Shown here: positions 32,461 to 34,123 of the stretch, in pieces
Position numbering within the stretch: position 1 is the first letter of the stretch
Layout of the letters: the number at the start of each line of letters is the position of its first letter
NCBI GenBank assembly: GCA_001001925.1
Contig: LCLH01000004.1
Location: forward strand, 1-34,123
Length of the DNA stretch: 34,123 nt
Source: Candidatus Magasanikbacteria bacterium GW2011_GWC2_45_8
Lineage (GTDB): Bacteria; Patescibacteriota; Patescibacteriia; Magasanikbacterales; UBA10146
Reading direction: 5' to 3'
Program-made: the position numbers and the translations under genes
The notes under the pieces: model-generated
The model's database searches: none
What the model was told of the DNA's origin: nothing
The model's input: the letters and a program-made list of their open reading frames with translations, nothing else

Positions 32461-33807
32461 TTATAGGTGTTTCCCTAGCTTTGATAACTCTTGCTTTGCA
32501 ACAACGCGATCGTCCCACGGTATTTTTTTGTCTCCCGCAACGCACATCGCCTGCTCGCACCCTTTGCCGGTAATGAGCACCACATCCCCTTCCTGCGCTA
32601 ATGAAAATGCATGCGCAATTGCTTTTTGACGATCAAGTATCTGCCACAAATTCACTCCTTCTTGCTTTCCGGCGCGCACAGAGGCGCTTGCAACGTCTCG
32701 CATAATTTCTTCCGGCGGTGTATCGTATGGATCTTCATTGGTTACCACCACATAGTCTGCTTTTTTTCCCACCAATTCTCCCACGGTAAATCTTCGTGCC
32801 TTATCCCGCCCGCCGCCGGTTGAGCCGAGCACATGAATGACGCGGCGCGGATTAAAACCCGCGACTGTTTTATAAAGCTCTTCCATGGCAACCGGCTCAA
32901 ACGCGTAATCCACAATCACTTTAAATGCCTGACCCGCATTTATAAACTCAAGGCGTCCGGGAATTTGCGATAATTGAGCAACTGCTTTTTGCAAAATAGG
33001 CCATTCAATACCCAAAACGCGCCCTACTGCCAACCCGGCGCCTATATTCATTATAGTATAAGTTCCATATAAAGGCGACTGAAACACCTCCCCTTCCGCG
33101 GAAAAAGCAGTACCTTGGGGTGTTACGCGCACATCTGCAAAGTTGACTACCTTGTCTTCTGCGGATTCTTTGTACCATGGCAAATCTTTGTGGCCAAAAT
33201 ATAAAGCCCTCACACCGTGTGCCGCGCGGGCAAAATCCATCGCGTGCTCATTATTGCCGTTCAAAATTGCGGTTTTTGGAAACACCGCACCACGCAATTT
33301 TTTAGGAGCACACCATGCCAAATGTTTAAATAATTCAATCTTTGCGTTCTTGTAATTTTCAAATCCGCCATGCGCTTCTATGTGTTCAGGGTATAAATTT
33401 GTCAAAAGCATTACGTCGTAATTGATAAACCTGTGCCTATACTGGAGTACTGCCTGCGAGGTTGTTTCTATAATCGCCACATCGCACCCGGCGTTAACCA
33501 TGCGGTGCAAGAAGCCTTGCGTTTGCATGCGGCCAAGCGTGGTCATTTTGCGGTCATTCAATTTTTGCCAGCCATTGATATAAAATTCAATGGTTGAAAG
33601 GGCGCCAACTTTGTAGCCCGCCTGTTCAAGCAACTGGCGTAAAATGTATATAGTGCTGGATTTGCCGCTCGTGCCCGTAACACCAATAACAAGCAACTCC
33701 TTGCTTGGCTGGCGATACCATAATGCACCCAACAACGCCATCTTCCAATGATACAAAGAAAAAAGCGTAGCCGGTAATAATTTTTTTATGTACTTTTTGA
33801 GCGCCAT
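32461..33807 (-). CDS. murE: Mur ligase family protein, MurE-like (UDP-N-acetylmuramoyl-tripeptide synthetase type)
   Basis: It has the P-loop VIGVTGTSGKSST, the Mur ligase middle domain (TSQAV..H, LLTNLYPEHIEAHG), and the C-terminal domain VLGSTGGGRDKARR, VVVTNEDPYDTPPEEI and LITGKGCEQAMCV. The amino-acid specificity cannot be read from the sequence by eye. Confidence 0.75.
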   Translation of the reverse strand: MALKKYIKKLLPATLFSLYHWKMALLGALWYRQPSKELLVIGVTGTSGKSSTIYILRQLLEQAGYKVGALSTIEFYINGWQKLNDRKMTTLGRMQTQGFLHRMVNAGCDVAIIETTSQAVLQYRHRFINYDVMLLTNLYPEHIEAHGGFENYKNAKIELFKHLAWCAPKKLRGAVFPKTAILNGNNEHAMDFARAAHGVRALYFGHKDLPWYKESAEDKVVNFADVRVTPQGTAFSAEGEVFQSPLYGTYTIMNIGAGLAVGRVLGIEWPILQKAVAQLSQIPGRLEFINAGQAFKVIVDYAFEPVAMEELYKTVAGFNPRRVIHVLGSTGGGRDKARRFTVGELVGKKADYVVVTNEDPYDTPPEEIMRDVASASVRAGKQEGVNLWQILDRQKAIAHAFSLAQEGDVVLITGKGCEQAMCVAGDKKIPWDDRVVAKQELSKLGKHL

Positions 33808-33810
33808 GTT

Positions 33811-34122
33811 TTATTTTTTTGTAAAACTCTTCTTAAGTTCTTCATCCACACTCACAGCAACAAGATCCTCCAATGGAATATTTGCAGTTTTGCCGTCTGA
33901 TGTCTTTCTCCTACACCAATTAGTAAGACCACCAAAACCATTATTGTCCAACCATGCAAAATTAAACTTTCCTCTTGTTTCTTTAGGTAATGCCTGCCAC
34001 TTCTGGAAAGCTTCTTCCAATTTGGCTAATGCAGAAGTTTCAGTATAGGGCTGTTCTCTTTCTTCTCTTTGAAAACTTGCTTTTAATTCTTCATTGGCGC
34101 TCTTCGCAACAAGATCCTCCAA
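33811..34122 (-). CDS. Hypothetical protein, C-terminal part (N-terminus outside the window), with an internal ~85-aa repeat
   Basis: The ORF is open to the right window edge. The motif EDLVA.S..EELK.SF occurs twice (EDLVAKSANEELKASFQ and EDLVAVSVDEELKKSFTKK), about 83 aa apart. It ends 3 nt before the murE-like start. Confidence 0.45.
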   Translation of the reverse strand: MEDLVAKSANEELKASFQREEREQPYTETSALAKLEEAFQKWQALPKETRGKFNFAWLDNNGFGGLTNWCRRKTSDGKTANIPLEDLVAVSVDEELKKSFTKK

Positions 34123-34123
34123 C

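Noticed and set aside
1-34123. An alternative genetic code (UGA recoded, as in some CPR lineages)
   Set aside because: Several well-defined genes terminate at TGA at the expected protein length, for example pilM at 1556-1558 and the dehydrogenase at 15122-15124. No conserved protein needs read-through of an in-frame stop.

Overview
Dense, almost gap-free bacterial chromosomal segment with about 40 protein genes and 4 tRNAs. It uses the standard code, since TGA serves as a stop. No rRNA, CRISPR array, transposase or integrase is visible. The gene content suggests a Patescibacteria/CPR (Parcubacteria-like) genome; this is inference, as no search was run. The basis is a type IV pilus block, many small membrane-anchored proteins of unknown function, sparse metabolism and minimal intergenic space. 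Left to right: pilD (partial, missed by the ORF track), pilin, receiver, pilM, divergent cysS, and a CorA-fold protein lacking the GMN motif. Next come a 3-gene block around an orphan VirD4/TraD-like ATPase, dnaX, tRNA-Gln(CUG), and DsbA-VKOR-GT-C membrane genes. Then follow glycerate kinase preceded by a broken 2-hydroxyacid dehydrogenase, a coiled-coil protein with perfect 60-bp tandem repeats, ahcY, a degenerate second PilM-like gene, dus and an MltB-like lytic transglycosylase. After these are a membrane-anchored zinc-ribbon Hsp100/Clp ATPase with a dead D1 Walker B, an acylphosphatase-UppS fusion, and a decayed locus holding a chimeric gene relic. The right end is a long minus-strand envelope/division run: DEAD-box helicase (plus strand), DUF378, tRNA-Gln(UUG), ftsX, ftsE, tRNA-Thr, tRNA-Gly, ppiC, ftsB, a PH-domain protein, murE-like and a partial repeat protein. 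A recurring extended -10 element, TGnTA(T/A)ACT, sits 7-10 nt upstream of several ATGs. This implies leaderless mRNAs, whereas two genes carry an identical near-perfect Shine-Dalgarno. All functional calls come from motif recognition by eye and need HMM or structure confirmation.
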